A DNA stretch of 64,000 bases, from assembly GCA_016748015.1 (NCBI GenBank), contig JAAOMT010000213.1, positions 464,485 to 528,484 on the forward strand, written 5' to 3'. Below, piece after piece: positions 1 to 12,337 of the stretch (position 1 is the stretch's first letter; each line of letters begins with the position of its first letter). The stretch is from Geosiphon pyriformis uo1. Taxonomy: Eukaryota; Fungi; Glomeromycota. The notes beneath the pieces were generated by a model that worked only from the letters and a program-made list of their open reading frames with translations, was not told the DNA's origin and did no database searches. The translations under genes and the position numbers were made by a program.

Positions 1-685
1 CAGATTTTTAAAAGTTAATAACAAAATATACTTCAATTTTATCTTTAATTGTTATTTGTTCTTTAATTATAAACAAAATATTTAAATAGTTTTTTATTTA
101 ATAGTTATGAATAATAAAAAAGACATTTTAAATAATTTAATTAAAGAAATATTTTTTTATGTTAATTAAAAATATGTTTATTTTAGAACTAAAATAATTT
201 TTCTTATAATTGTTTTGGTGTTTTATTGTTAATTACTTTGAGTATTATAATAATTGGTAACTAATTAGTTTTTTTGTAATTTTTTTTAATTTGTATACTA
301 TAAACAGATCAAATAATTAAATTTTATTTTATTTTAGTCTTATAATATATATAATGTATTCTAAGTTTTTTTTACTAATAAGCTAAAAAAAGCTTTTTTT
401 TATTTTAAAGCAGTTTTTAAAAACATTTATGTCTATATATAATTTTTTTATAAATAAAATTAACAATTAAAATAGCTGTTTAGTTTGATATTGCTTTGAT
501 TTTTACTTATTTTATTAAATAATTGGTTATTGTTATAATGTATCTATTTTTATTAAAAATTACAATTAAAGATTTAACAACATCAAATATAAAATAAATG
601 TTTTTTTTCAATTGGAGTTTTTTTTTATTAGCAGATATTACAAGTTTTAATGTATTTTATTATATTTTTTCTTAATTTTGACCAG

Positions 686-1535
686 TGTTACTTATAGAAT
701 ATAGGAAGTATATTAACATATAAATTAGCCAATCAGAAGTAGCCATAATAAATATAAAATTCTAGGATTCCTTTTAGAGAAATTGCAGAATTCTAGGAAT
801 TGTAGAATTCTCATATAAAGAATCACAAAATTCCAAAATTTCAGAATTTTTCTTAAAGAAATTGCAAGATTCCAGAAATTTCAGGATTCCTGGTGTGAAG
901 AATTAAGGAATTGAGAAATCTTAATTATGTATATATAGTGGTATCATTAAAAGTAGAAAAGACAGACCTCTGAGTTTAAATTTTATCTAAGCAATCTTTT
1001 AATTCACAAATATTAATAAATAATTATTTGCTATTTCAATTTACTATTCACTATCAACATTCTATGTTGATAGTATCAAATACTTGATTACACTGAAACA
1101 ATAACTCTTGATTATGACTATTAATGAGATACTAACTTTAATTGCCTTGGCTTATTCCTCTTTAATTTCTTTATTTCTTTTCTTTTTTTTATTTCTCTTT
1201 TATTGTTGTTTAATAATTGATTAAAAATTAAGCACTAAGTTACAGATGTTATAGAGACTGGTAAAAAACCCATGAAACAAGGGTAGAGAACTTATAAATT
1301 TGAGAATAGCTTACCAGGAAGATTACCAGTCATCACACTGAGAAAAAAATTTGACAGAATTGTGATTCTGGGAGATTACTGAAACAACCATTAAATTTCT
1401 TTCTATTATACAAAGGACTCAACCAAAATCTTTAGATACAAACAATCTACAGATATTACCAATATTATCAAGCAAATTAACACCAAGTTATGAGTTTGTT
1501 ATTTGATTTGAGATTCCAAATAATCATCTGTAACA
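686..1535 (+). mobile_element. Solo LTR (same family as the 5' LTR of element F)
   Basis: TGTTA...TAACA termini; 4-bp TSD CCAG/CCAA; CCAAT box, GAATTCCAG-type repeats and TATA; colinear with 61632-62467 and, inverted, with 2724-3589. Confidence 0.92.
755..915 (+). repeat. U3 tandem array of ~9-10-bp GAATTCCAG/GGATTCC units (F-family LTR enhancer region)
   Basis: Repeated gaattc/ttccagaa units between the CCAAT box (agccaatcag, ~727) and TATA (tatatata, ~930); also at ~3355-3520 and ~61700-61840. Confidence 0.75.
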
Positions 1536-2723
1536 CCAATAATATTTTGCTAATGTTTTTTGAATAGTTTTTGTTTTTCCAAAATAGTTTGCTAAAAAAA
1601 TTAATATAAATATTATATATTATAATTTTTTTTTCTCAAATTAAATAACTCTTTATAAACAATTAGAATTTTTTTAGTTTTTTTTATATTATTAATTCTT
1701 ATAAATCAAATTTTTATTTGATTGTTTTTACAAATATTCACTTTGCTATTAATTATATTTTAATAAATATTGTTTTTACTCAAAAATTAGATAAAAGCTG
1801 AATAATTTTTCAAGTTTATTTGTTAATTTTTAATTTAAGCAATTAATTTTTATTAGATAACTAATTAAAATAAAGTATTTGTATTTTAATTGTTTATTTT
1901 TTTTGATATTTAATATTATAATTAAATTTATTTAAGTAGATAATCCAATAAAAAAGCTTTTTATAATCTAGCTTTCTTTTGTTTTTTAGCAAAATTAAAG
2001 CTTAATAATTAATATATACATCAAATTTTTTTTTTATAAAATACTAATTTTAGTAATTAATAAATTATACTATTATTAAATATGTTTTTTTAGTTATAAT
2101 ATAGTTTTTTTTTGTTTGTCTTAAAGTTCTATTATTATAGACTATAACTCATTTTTTTTTCTTTTTTTTATAATAAAACAGTATTAAGAAAAACATCAGA
2201 AATATTAGTATAAAAAATAAATAGTTTATTAAAGTCAAATTGTTTTAAAATTAATTTAATGGTTAGTTTTTTCTTGAAAGTTTTAATGCTTTTTGTTGAG
2301 AAATATTTCAATGATAATTAACATTTTTTTTAAGAATTACTTAAACAGATGTGTAATTTTAAAAAAATTTTTAATAAACTTTTAATAATATAAAACTAAT
2401 TTCAAAAAAGATTGTAGTTCTAAAATATTTATTAATTGTCTAAGTTTTTGTAGTTTTTTAACTTTGATTGAGTTTAGAAAAATTTTAGCTTTTGTTACAA
2501 AATGTTCTAAAAATAATTTAATAAAATTAATTTTAAGTCTAGCATTTTTTAGAAAGTCAAAAGCTTTTTAAAGATATTCTAGATACTTATCTCATATTTT
2601 TAAATATATAATTATATCATTTAAATATACAAAAACAAACTCTTAATGTTTTAATTTGAATACTTTATTTATTAATCTTTGAAATATATGTGAAGTTTTT
2701 GTTAATTTAAAAACCATTACTAT

Positions 2724-3589
2724 TGTTACAAGTAATTATTTGGAGTCTCAAAGCAAATAACAAACTCATAACTTGGTGCTCAATTAATATAATAATGTTG
2801 ATTGCTAAAGATTGTTTATATCTGAAGGTTTTGGTTGAGTTTTTTGTATAATAGACAGAGATTCAATAGTTGTTTTCAGTAGCCTCCCAGAATCGCAATT
2901 CTATTAATTTTTTTTTAGCTTAGTGGTTGGCAATCCTCTGGTAAGTAATCTGTAATTCTTTTACATGCTTTATTCATTTGCAGAGGTCTTTTATTAGGCA
3001 ATCTTTGATGTCAATAATTCAGCACTTAATCCTTAATCAATTTAGTAAACAACCAAAAAAATAACAAAAGAAAATAAAAAAAACAACGAAAATAAAGAAA
3101 TAAGCCAAGGCAATTTTGCAAATTAGTATTCCATCAATAGCCATAATCAAGAGCTATTGTTTCAGTGTGGTTAAGTATGAATTACTATCAACATAAAGTG
3201 TTGATAATGGAAAGTGGATTCGAGATAATAAATTATTATTTATTGATATTTGTGATGTAAAAAGTTGCTTAGATCAAATCTAAACTGAGAGGTCTCTAAT
3301 TAAAAGATTTTGTTTTTTCTACTTCTAATGCTACTGATATATATACATAATTAAGATTCCTCAATTCCTCAATTCTTCACACCAGGAATCCTGGAATTCT
3401 TGGAATTCTGCAATTTCTTTAAGAAGAATCCTAGAATTCTGAAATCCTGCAATTCCTTGTATGAGAATTCTGAAATTTCTGAAATTCTGCAATTCCTCTG
3501 AAAGGAATCCTGGAATTTTATATTTACTATGGCTACTTCTGATTGGCTAATTTATATGCTAATATACTTTCTATATTCTATGAATAATA
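2724..3589 (-). mobile_element. Solo LTR (F family), reverse orientation
   Basis: Plus-strand termini TGTTA (2724) and TAATA (3585-3589, decayed TAACA); perfect TSD CTAT at 2720-2723 and 3590-3593; reverse-complement similarity to 686-1535. Confidence 0.92.
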
Positions 3590-5724
3590 CTATAAACTTA
3601 TAAATTTTATATTTTATAATAAATATAGTTTTTTTTGCTGGCAGAATCTATTTTTATTTGTTAAAATCTAGTAGTTAAATTGATTATTATAAAATATATT
3701 GAGCTTCTAAATTGATTAAATGTATTAATAATCTTAGAAAAAAAATATCTATTTCATTTAATAATTGTATTTAATTGTTGATAATCTATACAGAAACATA
3801 AAAATCTTTCTTTTTTGAATATTACTATAACAAAAAATGCTTATTTGCTTTTGGTATTTTGTATAAATTCAAGTTTTTTTATTTGGTTTATTTTTTTTAA
3901 TAAACTCATCATTTTATTAATTTAATTAATAGAATTTTAAATAAATTAGTTAAATATTTTTGGTTTTGATTATATGTTAAATAAGATTTGTTTGGCCAAA
4001 ATATTTTTTTTTAATATTACTGCTTTATTTCTTGTTAATAAATTTTTAATATTTTTTTTACTGAGTTTTTTTGGTTTAATTACTAAAAATTAAGTTTTAG
4101 ATACTTTTTCAAATAATTTTTGTACAACTTTAATTTTTTTTATCTAAGATTAAACTAATTGGTTCTCAATTCTTAAAAAAAAATAAACAAGATTTGTATT
4201 TATTGCTTAAAAAGTAAAAAAGTAACTGTATTAATCTTAAATATATAAGTTATATTATCAATAGTTTTATTTTGCTTTCTTTTTAGATTATTGTCTAAAT
4301 ATTTTTTTGATCATATTATAATATAATTAATAAATAATTTTTTTATTAACAATCAATTCTTTATTGTTGGCTTGTATATTATTTAAAAAGTTATTATTAT
4401 TATTAAAAATAGTAAAAGCTAATTCTGTTTTTTTATTTTTATTTATTTTTATTTTTTAGTCTTTAGAATTATTAGAATTATTATTATTACTGTTTTGTTA
4501 TTATTATTAGATTACAGTAAAAGAAACAATACAATGATAATATTTGATTACAATTAATTAAAACTTATTTCAAATTGTAAGTTTACAAAGTTTATAGTTA
4601 AAAAGAGCTTTTATTTTTTTTAATCATTTATTTTCAATAATTATGATATAATTTTTTGTTTTTAATATTACTATATCAATTTTAATACAAATTTTATTAA
4701 TTTAAATAAGAATAATTTTAACACTTTTTAGACTTTTTTTCTTGTTTTTATGAACATTAGTTATCAATTTTTTTAATTGCATCCAAAAAATGTTGAACTA
4801 TAATATTAATTAATAAACTGCTATTTAATATTAGATTTATGTAATAACTAACAACTTAAGTTTTATAAATAAGAGAAATAATATTATTACTAAGAGCTTA
4901 TGTTAATTATTAAAAGTGTTTATTGGTCTTTAATTGTTTTTTTTGAATATTAATAATTTTTTGAAGTTTTTTCAAAACTAAAAATATGTTATAAGTTATT
5001 TAAAAATAATATAAATAGATGTTTCTATCAAATTTTTTACAATTAAATAAAAGCTTAATTTTTGAACAATTTTTAATAATTCTAATTTTGGCAAATTTTT
5101 AAATATTTTTACTTTTAAAGCTTTATTTTTATTGTTAAATATTGAAACAATAATATTGAAATCTAAATTAAATTCCATTTTTTGTTTCTTGAATCTGGTA
5201 TAGTTTAATAGCTTGTTATTGTTTTTTTGTATTTTTGTATTATTATCTGTTAAATTAAAACTAAATAAGAAAATTTTTTTTTAATTTGCATTTTTACTCT
5301 TTAAAAATGTGTCTATTAATTTAAAGATTAATATTTTGTTGTTTTGATTAAAAAAATTTTTCTAAAAAAATTTACATAAGCCTAATTCATATTTGGATAA
5401 GATTTTAATTATTGTTAATTTTATTGTTTGGTTAATTATTATTTTTTAAACTAAAAAAAACATTAAAAAATTATTACAATTTTGTGTCAGATAATCAATA
5501 TTTCTATATTAGTAACAAACAAAAAAGCCTTGTTTTTTGAGTTTTAAGTTATATTAAGATTGCATTATTTGGAAAACTTTTTTTTTCTCTTACCTCCAAA
5601 TAATCCTCAAAGAGCGCATTTTCTGAAAAAGAAGTTTTTTAGTTTTTTTTGTTAAGTTTATATTAACATTTCTTTAACTAATAACCTCTTTGTCGGGAAT
5701 TTAAAAGCTGCTTCTAGCAGTGAT

Positions 5725-7528
5725 ATGTCTAAAAAAAAAGCACCTAAAAGTACTCTTCATGGTCCTGCTGGTGGATCTTTCTCCCAAAAGAAAAAAGTGG
5801 TTCTTGGTAATGTTAAACATTCAGATGATAAAAGAAACATTTCTCTTGTCAAACTTGGTTCTGATGACATGTACTCAGACATGGATAGTAATCAAGTTGT
5901 GGTGAAAACAATACAGTTATAGAAGGTATCAACAATGGATCACTTTTAGGCTCAACAGTTACTATTCTTAAAGCAAAAAGAATGAATTCCAGCATGGTTT
6001 TTGGGTCTCTTCTTGGCTCCCCCAATTATAAAATGGATTGATCCTAAGATTGTGAAAACCCCTGTGGAAGTTTCTGTTAGAAAATTATTTGCTTTGAATA
6101 TTAATCTTTTGGCAGTGGAAGGCAAATTTACTACAGCAAAAACTCAGTTCATCAAGAAAATTTTTTCAACAGTCAATGGTTTTGGGAGGGCCACTACCCC
6201 CTCAAAATTTGAAGGGATCATCTGATCAACATTTACCTTTGAAAAAGCATGGAAATAGCCGTATTATTGGCCAGAGAAAAAAGAATTGACATAAATAGCG
6301 ATTTTAAAAGACAAGGAATGAGGTCAGATTGGGCTGTGGTGATTAAGAAAATTCTCATGGATATACCTAAAGATATAATCATTGCCACAGTGTCTGAATT
6401 TGGGGAAATTAAGTCAATTAAAATTTAACTGATTGGAATGTGACAAAAAGCTGTAGTAGAGTTTGCTAAATTAGACCAAGCTGATTTGTTAGTCTCTAAG
6501 TGGTCATTCCTGATTGGAAAGGATTCTGTGCACATAGCCAAAGCAGTGGGAGATTGTGAGACTTAGGCTTCAAGGGATTGGTTCAAAGTGCTTTTGTTTA
6601 CTTTGCCAGTGGGAACAACAGCACATGATTTTGGGACTCTTCTGGATAGGGCTGGTGGGAAAACTTGCATTATAAACAGATCTCTGAAAACCAGTAATAG
6701 GATTTGTTGTGCTGTAGTTGGTTTTGAATCTGATGATAATCTGGAATCTGCTTTTTACATGGAGCCAATTTTTGGCAGCGTTAAACTTTCTTGGACAAGG
6801 ATAGATCTGGTTTGGTGTGAAAAATGCAGAAAGTTTGGTCATTCTGCTCTGAAATGTGATGCACCTGTTGCATTTCCATCTGAGCCCTCAAGAACATTTA
6901 AAAAAGTTGCATCTGATGAACATCGTCTTCAATTGGCAAAGTTGTATAAAAAAAAGATGTTCTGATATCTTGGCCAGCTGCCTTTGGTGGCAAATTTTGG
7001 GCTCAAGTGGTCTCACTTGCTGGTCCTTCTGGTGGTTCTTGTTTCAGTAATAGTTCTGGTTCTAATCCCCCCCTTTTTGGTGTCTTAGATTTAATCAATA
7101 ATTCTTTTCTCATTTTAGCTAACAACTCTTCTTTAAATGATTATCTGAATACTTTGAAATGCTCCTTAAAGCTCTTGACAGATCAGGTGTTCAGTATATT
7201 GATAAAATTAGGTGGCATGGAACTGGTACCAATAGTGATTCCTTCTAGTGTTCTTCCTTCAGTCACTCCTGCCCTCTTGGTACCACGTTTGGATGTGGAT
7301 ATGACTTTGGACGATATAATATTGGCTTCCACTTCTATTTCTTCTTTTTCAGCTGTTAATGACATTGTCCATAATTCTAGTTTTAGTTTTTCCAAGGTTC
7401 TAACCTCCAAGGTGGGTAAATTGGAATCAAAAATAGTAGTTTTTGAGGTTTCAATTGGTTCAGTTTTGGAAAAGTTAGATTGTCTACATTCTGGTGCAGG
7501 TTTTTTAGCTCTCCTTCTATCTCAATAA
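5725..7528 (+). pseudogene. LINE ORF1 (gag-like nucleic-acid chaperone), with stops and frameshifts
   Basis: Starts MSKKKAPK; RRM-like segments; CCHC knuckle WCEKCRKFGHSALKC (~6815-6860); C-terminal coiled-coil-like segment. Confidence 0.8.
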
Positions 7529-10500
7529 CCAGTCTAGTTTGAAAGATTGCCACTTGCAATATTAGAGGGATAAACAATCCTGCCAAGCAGGATGACATTA
7601 TTTATTGGCACAAAGATATAAACAATTTGATTTCAATTTTTACTGAGACTAAGTTAAAAGACAGAGTTTGTCTTTGGATTGCCAATAAATTTAATGGCAT
7701 TCATGTTTTTACTTCTGGTTTGGATTTTGGTCACTTGAGTTTTGGTGTGGCAATTGTCATGGACAACTCTCTGGCAAGGCACGTTTGTAAGGTTTCTGAG
7801 GTGCCTGAATGGCTTTTCTCTATTAGATTACTTTTTAATAACAAACTTTCTGTTATAATTTTGGAACTGTATGCCAGCGCTTCTTCAGATGTTCAGTTTT
7901 TTTAGGCTGGCAACATCAATTTGCTAATTGCCAGGGCTGTGAACAAATCCTCCTTTATTGTGCTGAGTGGTGATTTCAATAAGAATGGTTTACATAAGAG
8001 TGCCAGTTTCAAGAAATGCTTGGACCTCAGCTTGGTTAATTCTTTAGATAGGAGCTTGTTTGCTAAAATGCCAATGTGGGCTAACTTTTGAGGTGTTTCT
8101 AAAACTATTGATTACATATTCGTTTCTTACAACTTGGTTAGTGTGGTAGTTAATTGTGATGTAGCTGATGTTGATAATCATTTTGACTCTGATCATAGAG
8201 CAGTTTCTGTGTGTGTAGGCTTGAGTGAACTATTGGATATGCATTTGAATTCTATTCACAAGCAAGTGAATAAGGATTGTTGGAAGTATGATATCAAAAA
8301 TGCTAACAATGTTAAGTAATGTGGGTTCAAAGTGTTAATGGCAGTGAATGCTGCTATGTTTTCTGAGAAGTTTGCTTCCTCTGTGGGTTTCTCTGATCTA
8401 GATTCTATGTGGGATATTGTTCATAAAGTGATGGTTTTTTCAGCTAATAATTCATTTAAGAAAAAATGGTTTAAAGGCTTTGATAACATCTTTACCAAGG
8501 ACTTTTCTAGGTTTTACAGATTGGAAATTTTGGTTTCGAGAATAGTCAAAGTGTCCCATGGCCAGAACTCTGTGAGGTTTACATCTTTGATGAGTCATTG
8601 GACTTTTTTAGACTCTGACAAAGCCTTGGCAGTACAGGTTCTTTTGGATTTTAGTACAGATTTTGATTGTGTTAGAACTGCTCTTTTTGGTGTGCGGAAA
8701 TCTTATCATGTCTCCAAACTTGCCAAATCTTTAAGAGTTCAGGAGTCAAGTATTAGGTCTGCCATTAATAAGCATATAAAGAGCTTCACTTCTGATAAGA
8801 GTCATACTATTAGGAGTGTTTTAGAGTGTCTGTTCCATAAAGTGGAATTGAATCATCTAGTTGTTGGTGACAAATTGATTCTGAAGTCTGAATTGGTTAA
8901 GACTAAGGTGGATGTAATTATGGAGGGGTGGACTAAGAGACACAAGGTAGTTTCTGATATCTTTAGTAAATGGTCTTATCAATACCAGTCTCTGGAATAT
9001 GTTTTTAATGGTGCTTTTTCAGGTGTGATGTAGCCAGTTGTTTTCGATAAATTGTTTGGTGTAATTTTTGATCTGCCTGATGGCAAAGCTGGTGGCCTTT
9101 CCAGTATTCCCAATAAATTTTGGAAACACTGTGACAACTCTGTTATAGATATGCTTTTGGAGCTTTTGAACACTTGTTTAATTATTGAATCTGTGCCTAA
9201 TTTTTGAAAGGAGGCTTGGGTCTTGATGATCTCTAAACCATACAAATGGGAGAAGGTTCTCATGAACACTCATTTTCACAGTTGGCTCAGTAATAAAAAA
9301 TGCTCTGGAGAAAAACTGCAAACTCTGGCTAGTTTTACAGGACATGTGGAAGGCATATGATTCTGTTGGTTGGAAGCATCTTAAGAGAAATTTGATTAAA
9401 ATTAAAATGTATAGCAAGTTCATACATTTTTTTGGTAGTATTCATTGCAACCACGTTAACAAGGTTATGACTGACTTTGGCTTAACTGATGAATATTATG
9501 TTCATGATAGCTTGGATTAAGGGGAGGTTTTCTCGTTACTTCTCTGGCACATATTCTATGATCCTCTCCTTTGTGAGGTTAAGAGACAGGAAAGTGTGTG
9601 TGAGTACAGATTAAATTCGCATTTCATTTCAAAAAATGGTCATTTAGAACTCATTGCTGGGTTGTCTTCTTTTTTTGCTGCTGAAGCTTTTGTCAATGAT
9701 ACAATTTGGGTTGGTAGCAGTCAGAGTGCTACTCAGTATATTCTCAATATTGCCAGTGAATTTTTTTGGGTCAATGATATTTCTATTAATATAGACAAGA
9801 CTGTTGTCATCCCTATTAATTGCAAAGTTGGTAGTCCTTCTTTGGTTATTAGTGGCTTACCCATTGTTATTGTGAAAAGAGAGGAATTTCATCAATATCT
9901 GGGCATCTATCTTTCAACTAAGAGTCTTTCAAAGTCTAGCTTGGCCAAAGCACAATCAGATGTTTGGTTTTTCTCTAACCTTGTGCTAAGAAAGGCCATT
10001 TCAGATAAACAATTTTTGTACTTGGTTTTGGCTGTTCTCTATTCTATTGTGAGCTATAGGACTCAATTCAGTTTCATACCTTTTGATGTATACAACAAAT
10101 AGAATACTTTGGTTCAGAAAAACCTTAAATTGAAATCCAGCCTTCCTCTTGACTTCCCAAATGATTCGATCCACCACCCTTTTTTTTATGGTTTGAAGTC
10201 TTTTGAGCAGGTGCAATCTGAAGACAAAATAGTCTTGCTTGTGAGTTTTGCAAACTCTGGTGGGACTTTGGGTCATATGTTCTCTCATAGGTCTTATGAC
10301 TTGTAAGTTTTGTGTTGGCGTCTTGTTCACCCTCTGAGTTTCTGAGTGTGTGTTTACATTAGTCCTTTGAATAATTTTTTAGCTGGTGTGGTCTGTATTT
10401 TGGCAAAAAATAATCTTTCTCTGAGTGGATCTTTGGGCAATCTATTTTGTCATCGGAGTGGGATCTCTATGTTAGTGGTTCTTGGAGAAGCTAAGTTTTG

Positions 10501-11309
10501 TGCATGTCTCTCCTCTTTACATTAGTATAGTGTTGTCTTTGTAGATCAGCTCTATAATTGCTATGATGCCGTTTTTAATTAGAAAACTTTTAAGTGCTGG
10601 AAGAGGTTGGATCCTCGTGGTCCGGTTCCTGAGTGGTTTGGTCTTTCTGTCACCTTTCTCAGTAATGTGACTTCTTTTTTTCCTGGTCTATTTCTCCTTG
10701 GGGGTGTTGGTAAGCTTTTGAACATTCTGGAGTCTCAAGAATTTAAGTTGGTATGTGATCAGTTGTCTTGTGTTAGTACTAGTAGTCTGTCTGTTTATAC
10801 GGATGGTTCTCTAAGAAATTTGGGCACCATACAGAGGAAGACTGATGCTGCTGTTTTTTTTGATAACATTGGTTTGGGTTTGGGCATAAGAGTCACTGGC
10901 TTGTTGTCTTCCACTTTGGCGGAGCTACAGGCCATAGCTCTGGCATTGGAATGTGTTCCTTCTCTTAGCTCAGTTTGCTTACACTCTGATAGTCAGACTG
11001 CTCTGGATGTATGCAAATTGGAGCTGTGTTTTATTTGTTTGGATTTTCACATTCAGTGTTGGGTTGAACATCAGCATATTGTGAATATTATTCATTGCAA
11101 AAATTTGAGAGTGAATTGGATTAAAGTGAAAAATCACTCAGGTGTTGTGGAGAATGATTGTGCAGATACCCTTGCTGCTGTTGCCTTTGACTCTGATTGG
11201 CATCTTCTCCCTCGTTTAAAGAACCATTGTCTTTTAGCTGGTAGTGAGCTTGTTTCTGGTAATTCTAGACATTTTGTCTAAAATGTTTTTAGATCAGTTT
11301 ATTGTGCAT
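7525..11309 (+). pseudogene. pol: LINE ORF2, 5' part: APE endonuclease, reverse transcriptase, RNase H
   Basis: APE motifs ATCNIRG, TETKL, SGDFN, IDYIFV, SDH; RT motifs LQDMWKAYDSV, GEVFSLLLW, AFVNDT (decayed FVDD); RNase H motifs VYTDGS, AELQAI, SDSQ, KVKNHSG. Confidence 0.92.
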
Positions 11310-12293
11310 TGTTACCAGACAAAATTAGAAATATTGTTTAGCATAAAATTACCCTTATAAATCTTATTATTAATTAGCATATATTATTATTTCAAATTAT
11401 CACTTATTACATTAGCAAAATGTTCAAAATTATTATTTAATTAATAACTCAATTTGTACATAACACAAATATAACTTAAGTGCGATGATCAATCATGCAA
11501 TACTCTGAAATATGTAACATTCAAAAGTTTGCCAAAATTTGTAAAAATTTGCCAAAATAATTGATAGTTTACTGAAATATCTAATAGTTTGCAGAAATAA
11601 CTTGTAGTTTGCCGAAATGTATTTTTAGTTTAGCAAAATTGTAGAAAAGAGCAAAGTTCAAGTTCATAGAATAGTATTACGACAAGTTGTATAAAAAAAG
11701 AGCTTCTTTCTTTGAAAAAATGTATCTTACTTCAAATTTAATAATTAGAATCATTCTTTACACACAAAAACAAAATAAATATCAAATAAATTCAAAATAC
11801 CAAATTCTTAATTATTTCTCTTAAAATTAACCAATTCCTACTAACAGTTTGAAATTGATTAGCTACCAATTTCAGTAGACTGTTAAAGCACTTCCAGGCC
11901 TGGATCCAAAACGACTTCCATAAATTATCAGTTTTACTTTTTCTTTTACATTTCTTTTATTCTCTTTTTTTTCTTGTTATAAATCATTTGGGTAGTCTAC
12001 AGACAAGAATTCCTGTAGAAGAGTTGACTTTCACAGCAAAGTAACTACACATCTTAGTGAGCTTCCAAATGAGCAATTCCTGGGAAAGAGTTGACGTTTA
12101 CTACAACATAACTATACAAAGTAACTGGCATAGAATTGGTCATTCCACTTATAAGCCCAGCAGTTCAAATTATAGGAAATAATTTGAAGATAAATTCAGT
12201 TATTGGAGGTTCAAATACTTCCCATAATCATGAATTAACAGCATTACAACAAACATACAAGAACTAAAAAGAGACCAAAAACCTCTGGTAACA
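11310..12293 (+). repeat. 5' LTR of element A
   Basis: TGTTA...TAACA; direct repeat of 20214-21197; ~20-bp gtttgccgaaat repeats at ~11525-11650; TATAAAA at 11690. Confidence 0.95.
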
Positions 12294-12295
12294 TT

Positions 12296-12310
12296 TGGTG
12301 CTCTTCTACA
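12296..12310 (+). promoter_or_regulatory. Primer-binding site of A (TGGTGCTCTT)
   Basis: TGG 2 nt after the LTR end; TGGTGCT also occurs in C, D, E and F; complementary to a tRNA ending in AGCACCA (elongator tRNA-Met-like, inferred). Confidence 0.75.
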
Positions 12311-12337
12311 GAAACAACACAGCAAAACAACTTCAAA

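Noticed and set aside
686-3589. DNA transposon or foldback element with long terminal inverted repeats
   Set aside because: Each arm is a complete LTR with its own 4-bp TSD, so these are two independent solo LTRs.
4996-5178. 60-aa ORF on the minus strand
   Set aside because: Composed mostly of AT-rich codons (F, I, K, N, L) with no motif; expected by chance.
9265-9285. Missing segment of the LINE RT
   Set aside because: Looks like a private internal deletion in a dead copy.
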